A DNA stretch of 64,000 nucleotides from Thalassobaculaceae bacterium. Lineage in GTDB: Bacteria > Pseudomonadota > Alphaproteobacteria > Thalassobaculales > Thalassobaculaceae. Made by a program: the position numbers and the translations under genes. The stretch covers positions 1 to 64,000 of the forward strand of contig OZ245843.1 in the NCBI GenBank assembly GCA_965228875.1. Reading direction: 5' to 3'. The stretch's first letter is position 1, and each line of letters opens with the position of its first letter. The notes below the pieces were generated by a model, which saw only the letters and a program-made list of their open reading frames with translations, was not told the DNA's origin and did not search any database. Below are positions 26,847-36,857 of the stretch, in pieces.

Positions 26847-27854
26847 TTACTCGTTCTCGGGCGCCGCGAGGCGAGACTGCATCGCCGCACCGGAGAGTCC
26901 GTCGAGGCACCAGCGCATTACCCTGAAACCCGTCAGCGCCAGCGAATGGTGCGCCTTGCCGCCCCCCGTGGCCGTCAGCAGGGTCACGTCGTGGCCCGCC
27001 CTCTTCACCGCCTCGTAGTACGCGGTCTGGGTGACGAACGGCGTGTTGCTGTCGCGTGGATCGCCAAGGACGAAGATCCGCCGGTCGGGATCGGCGACGA
27101 TCGCGTCCACCTCCTCCACCGGGTCGACGGAGTCGCGGTATCCGGTGATGTCCGTCGTCCATCCGTGCAGGCCGGCGCGCTGGCGAACCGAGACGACGCC
27201 GGAGGCGATCACCGCGCAGCGCAGGTCGTCGCGCAGGGTGAGCAGGCGGGCGACCACATGGCCGCCACCCGACTGTCCGACCGCCGCGAACTCTCCGATC
27301 CGGTGGCGTTCCCGGATCAGGTCGAGGGCGGCGTCGACGATCAGCGCCTCCCTGGCGCGCCGCCGCTGCTTGTGGAAACCGGACGAACCGTAGGTGCCGG
27401 GGCGGGACAGTCGGATATAGGGAACGCCGGTGGTCTCGTTCTCCCGCGTCGCGAAGCCGCGCAGCCGGTCGACCGTCACCGTCTCGTAGCCCGGCCAGAC
27501 CTGTGCCCATCCGCTTTCCGACTGCTGCATCACGTCGCCGTGGAGGTAGACGTGCACGACCGGATTGGTCTGTGCCAGGCCGGCATGCATGTAGCGGATG
27601 CAGGTGCCGTCGTCCGGATCCCAGTCCGGGTCCAGCACGACCCAGACCGTGTCGCCGCCATCCCAGGCGGTGCGCAGCGCCTCGCATCGGGCCTCGTCCA
27701 TCACGCTGCCGGACAGCACACCGGCCGGGGAGAGGGTGTCGGCGTTGCGCATGACCGGGGTGACGCAGCCGTTGAGACCGATTGCCAGCACCAGGATCGC
27801 CAACAGTGTCGCCGACCGAAGCACGGGGCGGAGAGCGGTGGGAAGGAACGGCAA
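26847..27854 (-). CDS. Putative alpha/beta-hydrolase lipoprotein
   Basis: TTG start after SD GGGAGA; hydrophobic signal ending LNGC; HGD, RPGTYGSSG and nucleophile elbow GQSGGG. Confidence 0.7.
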   Translation of the reverse strand: MPFLPTALRPVLRSATLLAILVLAIGLNGCVTPVMRNADTLSPAGVLSGSVMDEARCEALRTAWDGGDTVWVVLDPDWDPDDGTCIRYMHAGLAQTNPVVHVYLHGDVMQQSESGWAQVWPGYETVTVDRLRGFATRENETTGVPYIRLSRPGTYGSSGFHKQRRRAREALIVDAALDLIRERHRIGEFAAVGQSGGGHVVARLLTLRDDLRCAVIASGVVSVRQRAGLHGWTTDITGYRDSVDPVEEVDAIVADPDRRIFVLGDPRDSNTPFVTQTAYYEAVKRAGHDVTLLTATGGGKAHHSLALTGFRVMRWCLDGLSGAAMQSRLAAPENE

Positions 27855-27948
27855 CGGAGGTCTCCCTTTGCGACAAAATACACGGGCCGCGTGGAAGAGC
27901 GTCGCACGAATGCGCGCAACGTGCGATCGGACAGAAGAGGGCCGGGCG

Positions 27949-28146
27949 CTACGCCCCGTCGTCGCGCCTGGCCCAGCCGATGACGGAGACCGCCGGCCAG
28001 ATCCACAGCACCCCGGCGGCGAGGTAGTAGAGCGACTCCACCGCGATATGGTCCGGCACGAAATCGGCGAGGCTGACCACGGCGGCGATATACAGCACGA
28101 GCCCGGCGATGATCGCGAGCCCGGCAAGGGGGGATCTCCAGCGCAT
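27949..28146 (-). CDS. Small two-TM membrane protein, DUF2842-like
   Basis: 65 aa with two hydrophobic segments and YY..AG..W..P. Confidence 0.7.
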   Translation of the reverse strand: MRWRSPLAGLAIIAGLVLYIAAVVSLADFVPDHIAVESLYYLAAGVLWIWPAVSVIGWARRDDGA

Positions 28147-28361
28147 GACCGCGAGATAGCGCGGCCGGCGGGGGAGGGCAAGGCGGGTGAGGATCTCGCG
28201 CGTCCCCGACCCTCCCGTTTCCGCCGCCGCTGTCGCTCCTGAGAGAGCGGATGTCATATGCTCGTGTTAGGCGGCGTGCAGAGTGATCGATCGTCGCCCG
28301 CGTCCCGGTACCCGCCGCCGACCGCCATGCCGCCAAGGCCTCAACCGGAAAGGCCCCGCCC

Positions 28362-29645
28362 ATGCCCGTCATCTCCGCCGCCGTCGCCGCCCTGCTGCTC
28401 AGTGTCGTTCTGCTGCAGGTGGCCAACGGCATGTTCGCCTCGCTGCTCGGCGTGCGGCTGGGCATGGAGGCGGAGATCTCGTCGCAGACCGCCGGCCTCG
28501 TCATGTCCGGTTACTTCGTCGGCATGGTGCTCGGGTGTCTTGGCGTGCCGCGGATCATCGAGCAGGTCGGCCATGTCCGCGCCTTCGCCGCCCTGGTCTC
28601 GATCATGTCGGCGGCATCGATCTCCCATGCTTTCCTGGTCGACCCCTGGTACTGGTTCGTCCTGCGGGTGATCTACGGGGTCTGTGTCGCCGGCGCCTAC
28701 ATGGTGGCGGAGTCCTGGCTGAACGGCGCCACCAGCAACGACCAGCGCGGCGCCCTGCTGTCGATCTACATGGTGGCCCAGTACGTGGCGATGACCAGCG
28801 CCCAGTACCTGCTGAACCTCGCCGCGCCGACCAGCTTCATCCTCTACGCCCTGGTGTCGATCCTGTTCAGCCTGGCGCTGGTGCCGCTCACCCTGTCGCG
28901 TTCGGCCGGATCGTCCTCGGTCGCGCGCTCCGCCCTCAGCTTCAAGCAGCTTTACGAGATCTCGCCGCTCGGCATGGTCGCGAGCTTCGGCAGCGGCATC
29001 CTCAACGGGGCCTTGTTCGGCGCCGCGTCGGTGTTCGCCACCAAGATCGGCTTCAGCGTGTCCGAGGTCGCGATCTTCGTCTCCGCCATCCTGATCGGCG
29101 GGCTGCTGGTGCAGTGGCCGATCGGCAAGGCCTCGGACCTGTTCGACCGCCGCACGGTGATCGCCGGCTCGCTCGGGCTGACCACGGTCCTCGGCCTGCT
29201 GTTGGCGTTCCTGCCGTTTCCCGGCTTCTGGGTCTATGTGGCGATGGCCGGGCTCTACGGCGGGCTGTGTATGACGATCTACTCGCTGGCCGTCGCCCAC
29301 ACCAACGACTACGTCGAGGCGCACGACCTGGTGGCCGCCAGCGCCGGCCTCCTGCTCGCCTTCGGCATCGGCGCGGTGATCGGCCCGATCGCCACGACCA
29401 CGGCCATGGATTGGGTCGGGAACTGGGGCTATTACGGGATCGGCGCCGGGGTGTCGGCGGCAGTCGGCCTGTTCACCGTCTGGCGCATGAAGCAGCGTTC
29501 CGCTCTGCCGGTGGACGAGCAGGGGCCGTGGGTTTCGGTCTCACGCACGACCCCGATGGCCGCAGAACTCGACCCGCGCTGGGAGCCCGAGGAGGAGGAG
29601 GGGGCCGACGAGGGCGATCCGCAACCCACGCCGGCGCCGGGGTGA
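28362..29645 (+). CDS. MFS transporter (YcaD-like)
   Basis: About 12 hydrophobic segments; VGHVRAFA, ESWLN, QWPIG..SD..DRR and HTND motifs. Confidence 0.9.
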   Translation: MPVISAAVAALLLSVVLLQVANGMFASLLGVRLGMEAEISSQTAGLVMSGYFVGMVLGCLGVPRIIEQVGHVRAFAALVSIMSAASISHAFLVDPWYWFVLRVIYGVCVAGAYMVAESWLNGATSNDQRGALLSIYMVAQYVAMTSAQYLLNLAAPTSFILYALVSILFSLALVPLTLSRSAGSSSVARSALSFKQLYEISPLGMVASFGSGILNGALFGAASVFATKIGFSVSEVAIFVSAILIGGLLVQWPIGKASDLFDRRTVIAGSLGLTTVLGLLLAFLPFPGFWVYVAMAGLYGGLCMTIYSLAVAHTNDYVEAHDLVAASAGLLLAFGIGAVIGPIATTTAMDWVGNWGYYGIGAGVSAAVGLFTVWRMKQRSALPVDEQGPWVSVSRTTPMAAELDPRWEPEEEEGADEGDPQPTPAPG

Positions 29646-29711
29646 GGGCGCTGGAGAAGGCGATGGCCGGGGGCGGTCGCCTGGGCCTTTCCGGCTTCGG
29701 CGTGTCCTGCG

Positions 29712-30659
29712 CTACGCCGCCTCGGCGCCGTAGTAGGTGGTGACCACGTGGGTCGCCTCGGCGAAGAACAGCCAACGCTCGACCACGACGCCGATCGATC
29801 CGGCCAAGGCGGCCAGCACCACGGGCACGACGGCGAGCTGTGAGCCGATCGCCGCCGCCACCAGCAACAAAAGGATCGGCACGACCGATCCGGCGGCGAT
29901 GGCGATCAGTCGGAGCTTGCGGGCGTGCTTGCGCGCAACCCGGTAGCCCATCTCCCGCATCACGAAGTTCTTCGAGGTCGTCGGTCCGTCGAGCAGCCGC
30001 ACCCGGCCGAGGCCGGCCAGACCGGTTGCCGTACCGGTGGTCGTGGTCGCCGGCTCGCTGTCGATCCGCGACCAGTAGGTCCACTTGACCGCCGTCGCCG
30101 CAGCGCCGCTGACCACCGCGACCCACAGGAAGACGTCGGCCGCCCCGTCGAAAAGGTGGGTCAGAACCGTCATCCACAAGCCGCCAGTATAGAGCGCGAG
30201 CAGCAGGTATCCGGGCAGGACGAGCGGGTGGTGCCACTGCCGGATGGTTTTCAGCGAGGCGTAGATCATACCGGTGCAGGCCACGGTCACGACCGCGCCG
30301 GCGCTGGCCAGGAGGCCGAACACGCCCCAGGTCCCCCGTGCCTCGCCGAGGAACAGCCAGCCGATGGCGAACAGGCCGGCCGGGACGTAGGTCAGCACGG
30401 CGGCCAGGCCTTCGCGCGACAGCCAGGAGGAGCGCCACTGCGACATCGCCCGCCAGGCCCGCTCCGGATGGCCCAGATGGAAGGTCGAGGCGAGCAGGCC
30501 GGCGGTGATCAGGCCGAGTGACAGGGCGAAGCCGGCGAGGCCGAGCCAGAGATCGGCCGGCAGCAGTCCGCCGGCTCCCGCGAGCCCGAGCAGGAACAGC
30601 AGGCCGTACCCGGCCCCGGACGCGGTGGTGAAGAAGATGACGGAGGAAGCGGGATGCAT
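29712..30659 (-). CDS. soeC: Sulfite dehydrogenase membrane anchor (DmsC family)
   Basis: MHPA.SVIFFT, HLGHPERAWRA.SQWRSSWLSREG and ERWLFFAEA.H motifs. Confidence 0.85.
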   Translation of the reverse strand: MHPASSVIFFTTASGAGYGLLFLLGLAGAGGLLPADLWLGLAGFALSLGLITAGLLASTFHLGHPERAWRAMSQWRSSWLSREGLAAVLTYVPAGLFAIGWLFLGEARGTWGVFGLLASAGAVVTVACTGMIYASLKTIRQWHHPLVLPGYLLLALYTGGLWMTVLTHLFDGAADVFLWVAVVSGAAATAVKWTYWSRIDSEPATTTTGTATGLAGLGRVRLLDGPTTSKNFVMREMGYRVARKHARKLRLIAIAAGSVVPILLLLVAAAIGSQLAVVPVVLAALAGSIGVVVERWLFFAEATHVVTTYYGAEAA

Positions 30660-30673
30660 GGCTCTCTCCTCCC

Positions 30674-31474
30674 TCAGCGCGACAGCACGGCATCGACCCA
30701 GGCGAGGAAGCCGTTGCCTCCCGCACCGGACGGCACGCTGTCGGCGGCTTCGGCGGCCAGGGCCTCTAGTTTCGTCGGCGCGCCGGTATCGCCGGCATTC
30801 GCCTTGCGGGGTCGCGGTGGCAGGTACTTGTTGGTCGGCCTGTAGCCCATCTCCGGCATCAGGTCGTAGCCGCCGCGCTCGGACACGAGCTTGGAGACTG
30901 CGCTGGTGTCGTCACCGAGATCGCCGAAATGCCGCGCGCCCGCCGGGCAGGTCGAGACGCAGGCCGGCACCCGGTCCACCTCTTCCAGGTTCTCGTTGTA
31001 GATCTTGTCGATGCACAGGGTGCATTTCTTCATCACCCCGTCGGTGTAGTCGTATTCGCGGGCGCCGTAGGGGCAGGCCCAAGAGCACAGCTTGCAGCCG
31101 ATACAGGTCTCCGGATTCACGAGGACGATACCGTCCTCCTCCCGCTTGTAGCTGGCCCCCGTCGGGCAGACGGTGACGCAGGCCGGCTCCTCGCAGTGCA
31201 GGCAGGAACGCGGGAAATGCACCGTCCGGCTCTCTGCACCCTCGCCGGCTTCGAAGGTGTGGACACGGTTGAACCACACGCCCCAGGCGCCGGCATCGTC
31301 GCCGTCCTCGGACTCGGTTCCGGAATAGGCGTTCCAGTCGGTCATCGGCGCCGAGTGGCCGCCGGAGTTCCACTCCTTGCAGTTCACCGCGCAGGCGTGG
31401 CAGCCGACGCAGATGTCGAGATCGATGACGAGGCCGAGCTTCTTCGTCGGTGCTGTCGTGGGAAGCGAGGTCAT
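30674..31474 (-). CDS. soeB: Sulfite dehydrogenase 4Fe-4S subunit
   Basis: Cys clusters CVGCHAC...CKEWN, SCLHC, CIGCKLC..ACPYG and KCTLC; overlaps the soeA stop. Confidence 0.87.
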   Translation of the reverse strand: MTSLPTTAPTKKLGLVIDLDICVGCHACAVNCKEWNSGGHSAPMTDWNAYSGTESEDGDDAGAWGVWFNRVHTFEAGEGAESRTVHFPRSCLHCEEPACVTVCPTGASYKREEDGIVLVNPETCIGCKLCSWACPYGAREYDYTDGVMKKCTLCIDKIYNENLEEVDRVPACVSTCPAGARHFGDLGDDTSAVSKLVSERGGYDLMPEMGYRPTNKYLPPRPRKANAGDTGAPTKLEALAAEAADSVPSGAGGNGFLAWVDAVLSR

Positions 31475-34356
31475 TCCGCCGCCTCCTTCCCGTAGCGCAG
31501 AACGCCCGGCCCCGGCTTGCCGCCGGGCGGGGCGGGCAAGGGATCGAAGCGCGGCTCGGCTTCATGACCGGGGGCGTCGGCCTCGGCCCGCTCGATACGC
31601 ACCCGCAGGTCGTACCAGGCCGCCTGTCCGGTGACCGGATCGGCGTTGGCGTAGCGGTAGCCGCCCCCCTTCGGCGGCAGCAGTTCGGAGATCAGGTGGT
31701 TCAGCAGGAAGCCCTTGTTGGATTCCGGCGCCTTCGGGTCGAGGCCCCAGGTGCCCTTGCGCTTGCCGATTGCGTTCCAGGTCCACACGGTGTCCGGGTT
31801 CACCCCTTCCATGAGCTGGACCTGCGCCTTGATGCGGCCGTGGTGGGAGGTGACATGGACCCAGTCGTCCTCGCCGATACCGAGCTGTTCGGCCCGCTGG
31901 CGGCTCATGTACAGCTTGTTCAGCCCGTGGATCTGCCGCAGCCAGGCGTTCATCGAGCCCCAGGAGTGATACATGGCGGCCGGGCGCTGGGTGATGGCGT
32001 GCATCGGGAACTGGTCCAGTTCCTCGCCCAGGACCTCGCCCTCGAACGGTGCGTACCAGAACGGCAGGGGATCGAAATAGGTCTTCACCCGCTCGCGGTG
32101 ATGCTCGGGCGGGACCACGTCGCCGTGGCCCTCGGCGGCGAGACGGAAGGTCTGCAGCGGCTCGGAGTAGATCTGATGGATGATTGGGTTCGCGGCGCCG
32201 ATCAGACCGAGTGAGACGGCGGTCTCCAGGTACTCCTTGTTGGCGTGCTTGAAGTACCGCTCAGACGGCGCGAACTCGTGGCGCCAGAAACACTGATTGT
32301 CGATGTAGCGCTGGAGCTGATCCGGATTCGGCTCGCCCTTGCCTTCCTTGGTGCCATCGGCGCCGCGGTAGCCGGCCAGCGGACCAACGCCGGGCGCGCG
32401 CTCGTGATTGGCGAGATAGTCCGGATAACCGCCGGGATACTTTGGCGAGCCGTCCTCGTTCGTGAGACCCGGCAGTCCGAGACGGACGCCGATCTCGATC
32501 AGCGCGTCCTGGAACGGCCGCACGTCGCGGTCCGGCTTCACCACCGGCTGGCGGATCGAGTCCGCGGCACCGTCGGCGTCACAGATCGGCCGGTCGAGCA
32601 GGGATATGCAGTCCCAGCGTTCCAGATAGGTGGTGTCCGGCAGCACCAGGTCGGCGTAGGCGACCATCTCCGAGGCATAGGCGTCGGAGTAGATCAGCTT
32701 CGGGATCTTGTACTCGCCCGTCGCCGGATCCTTGTCCGTCAGCATCTTCATGGTGCCCGACGAGTTCATCGTCGAGTTCCAGCTCATGTTCGCCATGTAC
32801 ATGAACAGGACGTCGATCGGGTACGGATCGCCGGCCCAGGCGTTTTGGATCACCATGTGCATCAGGCCGTGGGCGGCCACCGGCGCGTCCCAGGAATAGG
32901 CCTTGTCGATGCGCCGGGGCGTGCCGTCGGCCTCGACCAGCAGGTCTTCCGGCGAGGTCGGGAAGCCAAGCGGCGGGCCGCCCATGGGCTTGCCCGGTTC
33001 GATCTGACCGGCCTTGCCCGCCGGCTTCAGCGGCGGCGGAACCGGTCGCGGGAAGGGCGGCTTGTAGCGGAAGCCCCCGGGCGCGTCGATCGAGCCGAGC
33101 AGAAGCTGAAGCAGGTGCAGCGCGCGGCAGGTGTGGAACCCGTTGGAATGGGCGGAGATGCCGCGCATGGCATGCATGGCGACCGGCCGGCCGATCATCT
33201 TCTCGTGGCGTCGCCCGGCCCAGTCGGTCCAGGGCTGGTCGATCACCACCTCCTTCTCGAAGGCGGCGTGGGCGAGTTCGGCGGCGATGCGCCGGATCCG
33301 GTCGGCGTCGAGGCCGCAGCGCTCGGCCACCGCATCCGGGGCATAGTCGTCGGCGGTGTAGCGGTCGTAGAGAAGCTGGAAGGCCGGCACCGCCTTGCGG
33401 CCGTCGGCCAGCGTGTGTTCGCCGACAAGCGCCGGGGCGACCTCGGCCTGCATGGCATTGGCCAGCGCGCCGGCCTTCTTGTCGAAGCACAGCGGGTGGC
33501 CGTCGGCGTCGCGGGCGAACAGGCCGTGATCGGCCGCACCCGGATCCTGGATCACAAGCCAGGGCGCGTTGGTGTAGCGCACCAGGTAGTCGAGATCGAC
33601 GCGCCGCGCCTTCAGTAGCTCGTGCATCAGCGCCATGATGAACAGGCCGTCGGTGCCCGGCCGGATGCCGACCCACTCGTCGGCGATGGCGGAATAGCCG
33701 GTCTTCACCGGGTTGACCGAGACGAACTTCGCCCCCCGGGTCTTGATCTTGCCGAGCCCCGCCTTGATCGGGTTGCTGTCATGGTCTTCGGCGACGCCGA
33801 ACATCATGAAGTACTCGGTGTGCTCCCAGTCCGGTTCGCCGAACTCCCAGAACGAGCCGCCGATCGTATATAAGCCGGCCGCCGCCATGTTCACCGAACA
33901 GAACCCGCCATGGGCGGCGTGGTTCGGGGTGCCGAACTGGCTCGCCCACCAGCCGGTCAGCGACTGCGACTGGTCGCGCCCGGTGAAGAAGGCGAGCTTG
34001 CGGGGGTCGGTCCTGCGCACATCGCCCAGCCACTGCGCGGCCGTCGACAGCGCCTCCTCCCACTCGATCTCCTGGAACTCGCCGGATCCGCGCGGGCCGA
34101 CCCGCTTCAGCGGCTTCGTCAGCCGCGCCGGCGAATAATGCTGCATGATCCCGGCGGAACCCTTGGCGCAGAGCACACCCTTGTTCACAGGGTGGTTCCG
34201 GTTGCCTTCGATGTAGCGGATCCTGCCGTCTTTGAGGTGGACTTTTATCCCGCATCGGCAGGCGCACATGTAGCAGGTGGTGTAGGCGACGGAGTCGGAA
34301 ACGGTCGGCGAGGTTTCTACGACCTCGCGCACGGTCTCCAGGGGATTTGGAATCAT
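31471..34356 (-). CDS. soeA: Molybdopterin sulfite dehydrogenase catalytic subunit
   Basis: TTCYMCACRCGI, FFTGRDQ, AHGGFCSVNMAA, MRGISAHSNGF and YHSW motifs; no Tat signal, consistent with cytoplasm-facing SoeA. Confidence 0.88.
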   Translation of the reverse strand: MIPNPLETVREVVETSPTVSDSVAYTTCYMCACRCGIKVHLKDGRIRYIEGNRNHPVNKGVLCAKGSAGIMQHYSPARLTKPLKRVGPRGSGEFQEIEWEEALSTAAQWLGDVRRTDPRKLAFFTGRDQSQSLTGWWASQFGTPNHAAHGGFCSVNMAAAGLYTIGGSFWEFGEPDWEHTEYFMMFGVAEDHDSNPIKAGLGKIKTRGAKFVSVNPVKTGYSAIADEWVGIRPGTDGLFIMALMHELLKARRVDLDYLVRYTNAPWLVIQDPGAADHGLFARDADGHPLCFDKKAGALANAMQAEVAPALVGEHTLADGRKAVPAFQLLYDRYTADDYAPDAVAERCGLDADRIRRIAAELAHAAFEKEVVIDQPWTDWAGRRHEKMIGRPVAMHAMRGISAHSNGFHTCRALHLLQLLLGSIDAPGGFRYKPPFPRPVPPPLKPAGKAGQIEPGKPMGGPPLGFPTSPEDLLVEADGTPRRIDKAYSWDAPVAAHGLMHMVIQNAWAGDPYPIDVLFMYMANMSWNSTMNSSGTMKMLTDKDPATGEYKIPKLIYSDAYASEMVAYADLVLPDTTYLERWDCISLLDRPICDADGAADSIRQPVVKPDRDVRPFQDALIEIGVRLGLPGLTNEDGSPKYPGGYPDYLANHERAPGVGPLAGYRGADGTKEGKGEPNPDQLQRYIDNQCFWRHEFAPSERYFKHANKEYLETAVSLGLIGAANPIIHQIYSEPLQTFRLAAEGHGDVVPPEHHRERVKTYFDPLPFWYAPFEGEVLGEELDQFPMHAITQRPAAMYHSWGSMNAWLRQIHGLNKLYMSRQRAEQLGIGEDDWVHVTSHHGRIKAQVQLMEGVNPDTVWTWNAIGKRKGTWGLDPKAPESNKGFLLNHLISELLPPKGGGYRYANADPVTGQAAWYDLRVRIERAEADAPGHEAEPRFDPLPAPPGGKPGPGVLRYGKEAAE

Positions 34357-34451
34357 TGCCTCGTCCGGGCTAGGTAAGCATGGCAACGAAGCATCGCAGT
34401 CCGCGGTACGGGCGGTCAAGCGACGGCCCGTCGCGTGCCGATAGGCGCCTG

Positions 34452-34934
34452 TCAGGTCAGGGCGTCGATCTCGGTGTCGGAGAGCGATCCGGGCACGATG
34501 GTGATCGGGATCCGCAACCGCGCGGCGGCCTTGGTCATCAGGTGGCTGACCAGGGGGCCGGGATTGTCCGACTTCGGCGCCGCCGCCAGCACCAGGATCG
34601 AGATCGACGGTTCCTCCTCGATCAGCTTGAGGAGTTCGTCCCGCGCCGTGCCCTCGCGGATGTAGACCACGGGGATCGCGCCCGAAAGCTCCTGAACCTG
34701 CAGGCTGACCCGCTCGAGAAGCTGTTCCGCCTCCTGGCGCGCCTCCTCGCGCATCAGCTCGCCGACACCCATCCAGTGCTGGAACTCCACCGGTTCGACG
34801 CTGCGGAACAGCGCCACGCGGCCGCCGGTATGCCGGGCGCGCTGGCAGGCGAAGCGCAGCGCCACCTTCAGCTCCTCCGTGTCGTCAACGACGACGAGGA
34901 ATACGCGTTGACTGTCGTCCGCCGTCTCGCTCAT
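34452..34934 (-). CDS. Universal stress protein
   Basis: FLVVVDDT.E, GPGPL-like NPGPLV and IPITIVPG motifs of the alphaproteobacterial USP family. Confidence 0.88.
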   Translation of the reverse strand: MSETADDSQRVFLVVVDDTEELKVALRFACQRARHTGGRVALFRSVEPVEFQHWMGVGELMREEARQEAEQLLERVSLQVQELSGAIPVVYIREGTARDELLKLIEEEPSISILVLAAAPKSDNPGPLVSHLMTKAAARLRIPITIVPGSLSDTEIDALT

Positions 34935-34967
34935 GTCCGGTAGACCTCGACCCCGCGAGCCAATCGC

Positions 34968-35720
34968 TCAACCGACCTTACGCCCGATCCACGCCGCGAG
35001 CCAACCCGAAGCGACGGCGACGATGATCGCCAGAACACCATAGGCGGCCGAGTTGGTGTGGGCGAACAGGAAAATGTCGGCGCCGACGCCGGTCTTCGAC
35101 ACCACCAGCGGCGTGGTCTGGGCATGCACCGCCGACCCGTCCCGCAGGTAGTAGACAGCGACCGTGTAGGTTCCTATGGCGACATTGGCCGGCAGGTGGA
35201 TGCGGGTGCGGAACAGCCGGTTGGACAGCACGGTCACCGGCAGCACCTCTTCGGCGAACAGGCCGGCGGCGACCTTGTTGCGGATCAGGCCGGCGCGGAA
35301 CGCGGTCGCCGTCACGGCATCGATCCCGGCGTCGAGCGGACGCAGCGACAGGTTCTCGACCCCGATCTCCTGGCGCTGGCGTATGTCGATGCTGGCGACG
35401 TCGGGCAGAGGTTCCGTCGCGGCGACGGCATAGAAGGCGGGTGTGTTGGCGAACGTGACGGACTCGACATTCGCCCACACGCCCGCGACCCGGGCCTTGC
35501 GCCGGACCGTCACGTCGCTGCGCGGTCCGGTGACCGTGACGACGATCTCGCCTTCGCCCTCGATGGCGCCGAACAGCAGCACGTCCGCGCCGGTGAACCC
35601 GGTGGTGATCTCGACCAGGTGGCTGCTGAGGTCGGCGACGAGATCCTGCTGCGCGCGCGCTGGAAGGTCGCCGAACAGGCCGACGGCGAGCAGGAGGACA
35701 AGGAGTAGCCGGCCGCCCAT
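34968..35720 (-). CDS. TIGR02186-family exported membrane-anchored protein
   Basis: Signal peptide; LVADLS, ITTGFTG, LLFGA, VRRK.RVAGVW.N and LFRT motifs; C-terminal TM; follows TauE. Confidence 0.85.
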   Translation of the reverse strand: MGGRLLLVLLLAVGLFGDLPARAQQDLVADLSSHLVEITTGFTGADVLLFGAIEGEGEIVVTVTGPRSDVTVRRKARVAGVWANVESVTFANTPAFYAVAATEPLPDVASIDIRQRQEIGVENLSLRPLDAGIDAVTATAFRAGLIRNKVAAGLFAEEVLPVTVLSNRLFRTRIHLPANVAIGTYTVAVYYLRDGSAVHAQTTPLVVSKTGVGADIFLFAHTNSAAYGVLAIIVAVASGWLAAWIGRKVG

Positions 35721-35722
35721 CG

Positions 35723-36643
35723 TCAGTGCCCGTCGTCCAGGGTGATCGAATAGAGGTCGCTCGGCGTGGCGATCAGATCGTACCCGAGTTTGCTGCACAC
35801 GCCGAGGACCATCAGCGCCAGCAGCCCCCTCAGTTCCTCGCCCTTCAGCACGCCGGCGAACCGGCTGCCGACCTGGGCGCCGAACACCGCGCCGGCCAGC
35901 AGCAGGACGGCCAGCACGACGTCGACGGTCTGGGTGTTGACCGCCTGCAGGAAGGTGACATTGGCGGTGACGAAGATGATCTGGAACAGCGAGGTGCCGA
36001 CGACCACCCCGGTCGGCATGCCGAGCAGGTAGATCATCGCCGGCACCATGATGAAGCCGCCGCCCACGCCCATCAGGGCCGCCAGGATGCCGACGAAGAA
36101 GCCGATTCCCAGCGGCAGGATGGCGCTGATGTAGAGCTTGGAGCGCCGGAACCGCATCTTCATCGGCAGTCCGTGGAACCAGGTGTGCTGGTGCAGCTTG
36201 GTGCGGCGCGGCGTGCTGGATCGGGCCTTGACGATGGCGCGGACGCTCTCGTTCAGCATCAGCGCGCCGATGATACCGAGGAAGACGACGTAGCAGAGAC
36301 GGATTGCTAGGTCGATCTGGCCGACCTCGCGCAGTGCCGCGAAGGCCCAGACGCCGAAACTGGAGCCGACGAACCCGCCGACCATCAGAACGGCGCCCAT
36401 CTTGAAGTCCACGTTGCCGCGTCGCCAATGGGCGATCACGCCGGACACGGAGGAGGCGACAATCTGATTGGCTTCCGTGCCGACCGCCACCGCCGGCGGC
36501 ACACCGATGAAGATCAGCAGCGGCGTCATCAGGAAGCCGCCGCCCACGCCGAACAGACCGGACAGGAACCCGACCATCCCGCCCATCCCCAGAATGAGGA
36601 AGATGTTCACCGATATCTCGGCGATGGGCAGGTATATGTGCAT
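35723..36643 (-). CDS. TauE/SafE-family sulfite exporter-like permease
   Basis: IYLPIAE, duplicated G.GGGF motifs, GTSLFQ. Confidence 0.9.
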   Translation of the reverse strand: MHIYLPIAEISVNIFLILGMGGMVGFLSGLFGVGGGFLMTPLLIFIGVPPAVAVGTEANQIVASSVSGVIAHWRRGNVDFKMGAVLMVGGFVGSSFGVWAFAALREVGQIDLAIRLCYVVFLGIIGALMLNESVRAIVKARSSTPRRTKLHQHTWFHGLPMKMRFRRSKLYISAILPLGIGFFVGILAALMGVGGGFIMVPAMIYLLGMPTGVVVGTSLFQIIFVTANVTFLQAVNTQTVDVVLAVLLLAGAVFGAQVGSRFAGVLKGEELRGLLALMVLGVCSKLGYDLIATPSDLYSITLDDGH

Positions 36644-36760
36644 CAGGCGCCCGATCCGTGGGGTGCGAAGGCTGAGGCCGGTTGGCGGCGGTGTCTGTCG
36701 TTGGCGTTTCTGTCGGTCGCTGGACGGTGGTCGATCCGGGTCGCGAAGGCCGCGACCGTG

Positions 36761-36795
36761 AAAAAGAAGCTGCGCTCCAACTTGGAATTGGAGCG
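36761..36795 (-). terminator. Probable intrinsic terminator downstream of the rhodanese gene
   Basis: Perfect stem CGCTCCAA/TTGGAGCG, followed on the minus strand by CAGCTTCTTTTT. Confidence 0.5.
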
Positions 36796-36857
36796 GACCA
36801 CTATCCCTACACCGATATGACCAATCTTGAAAGACTTATTTATTTGAGGGTGTTAGC

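Noticed and set aside
29712..34356. DMSO reductase dmsABC
   Set aside because: No Tat signal on the catalytic subunit; motifs fit SoeABC.
34968..36428. 486-aa ORF suggesting a TauE-TIGR02186 fusion
   Set aside because: The first half is an off-frame reading of TauE; the real gene starts at ATG 35720 with a signal peptide.
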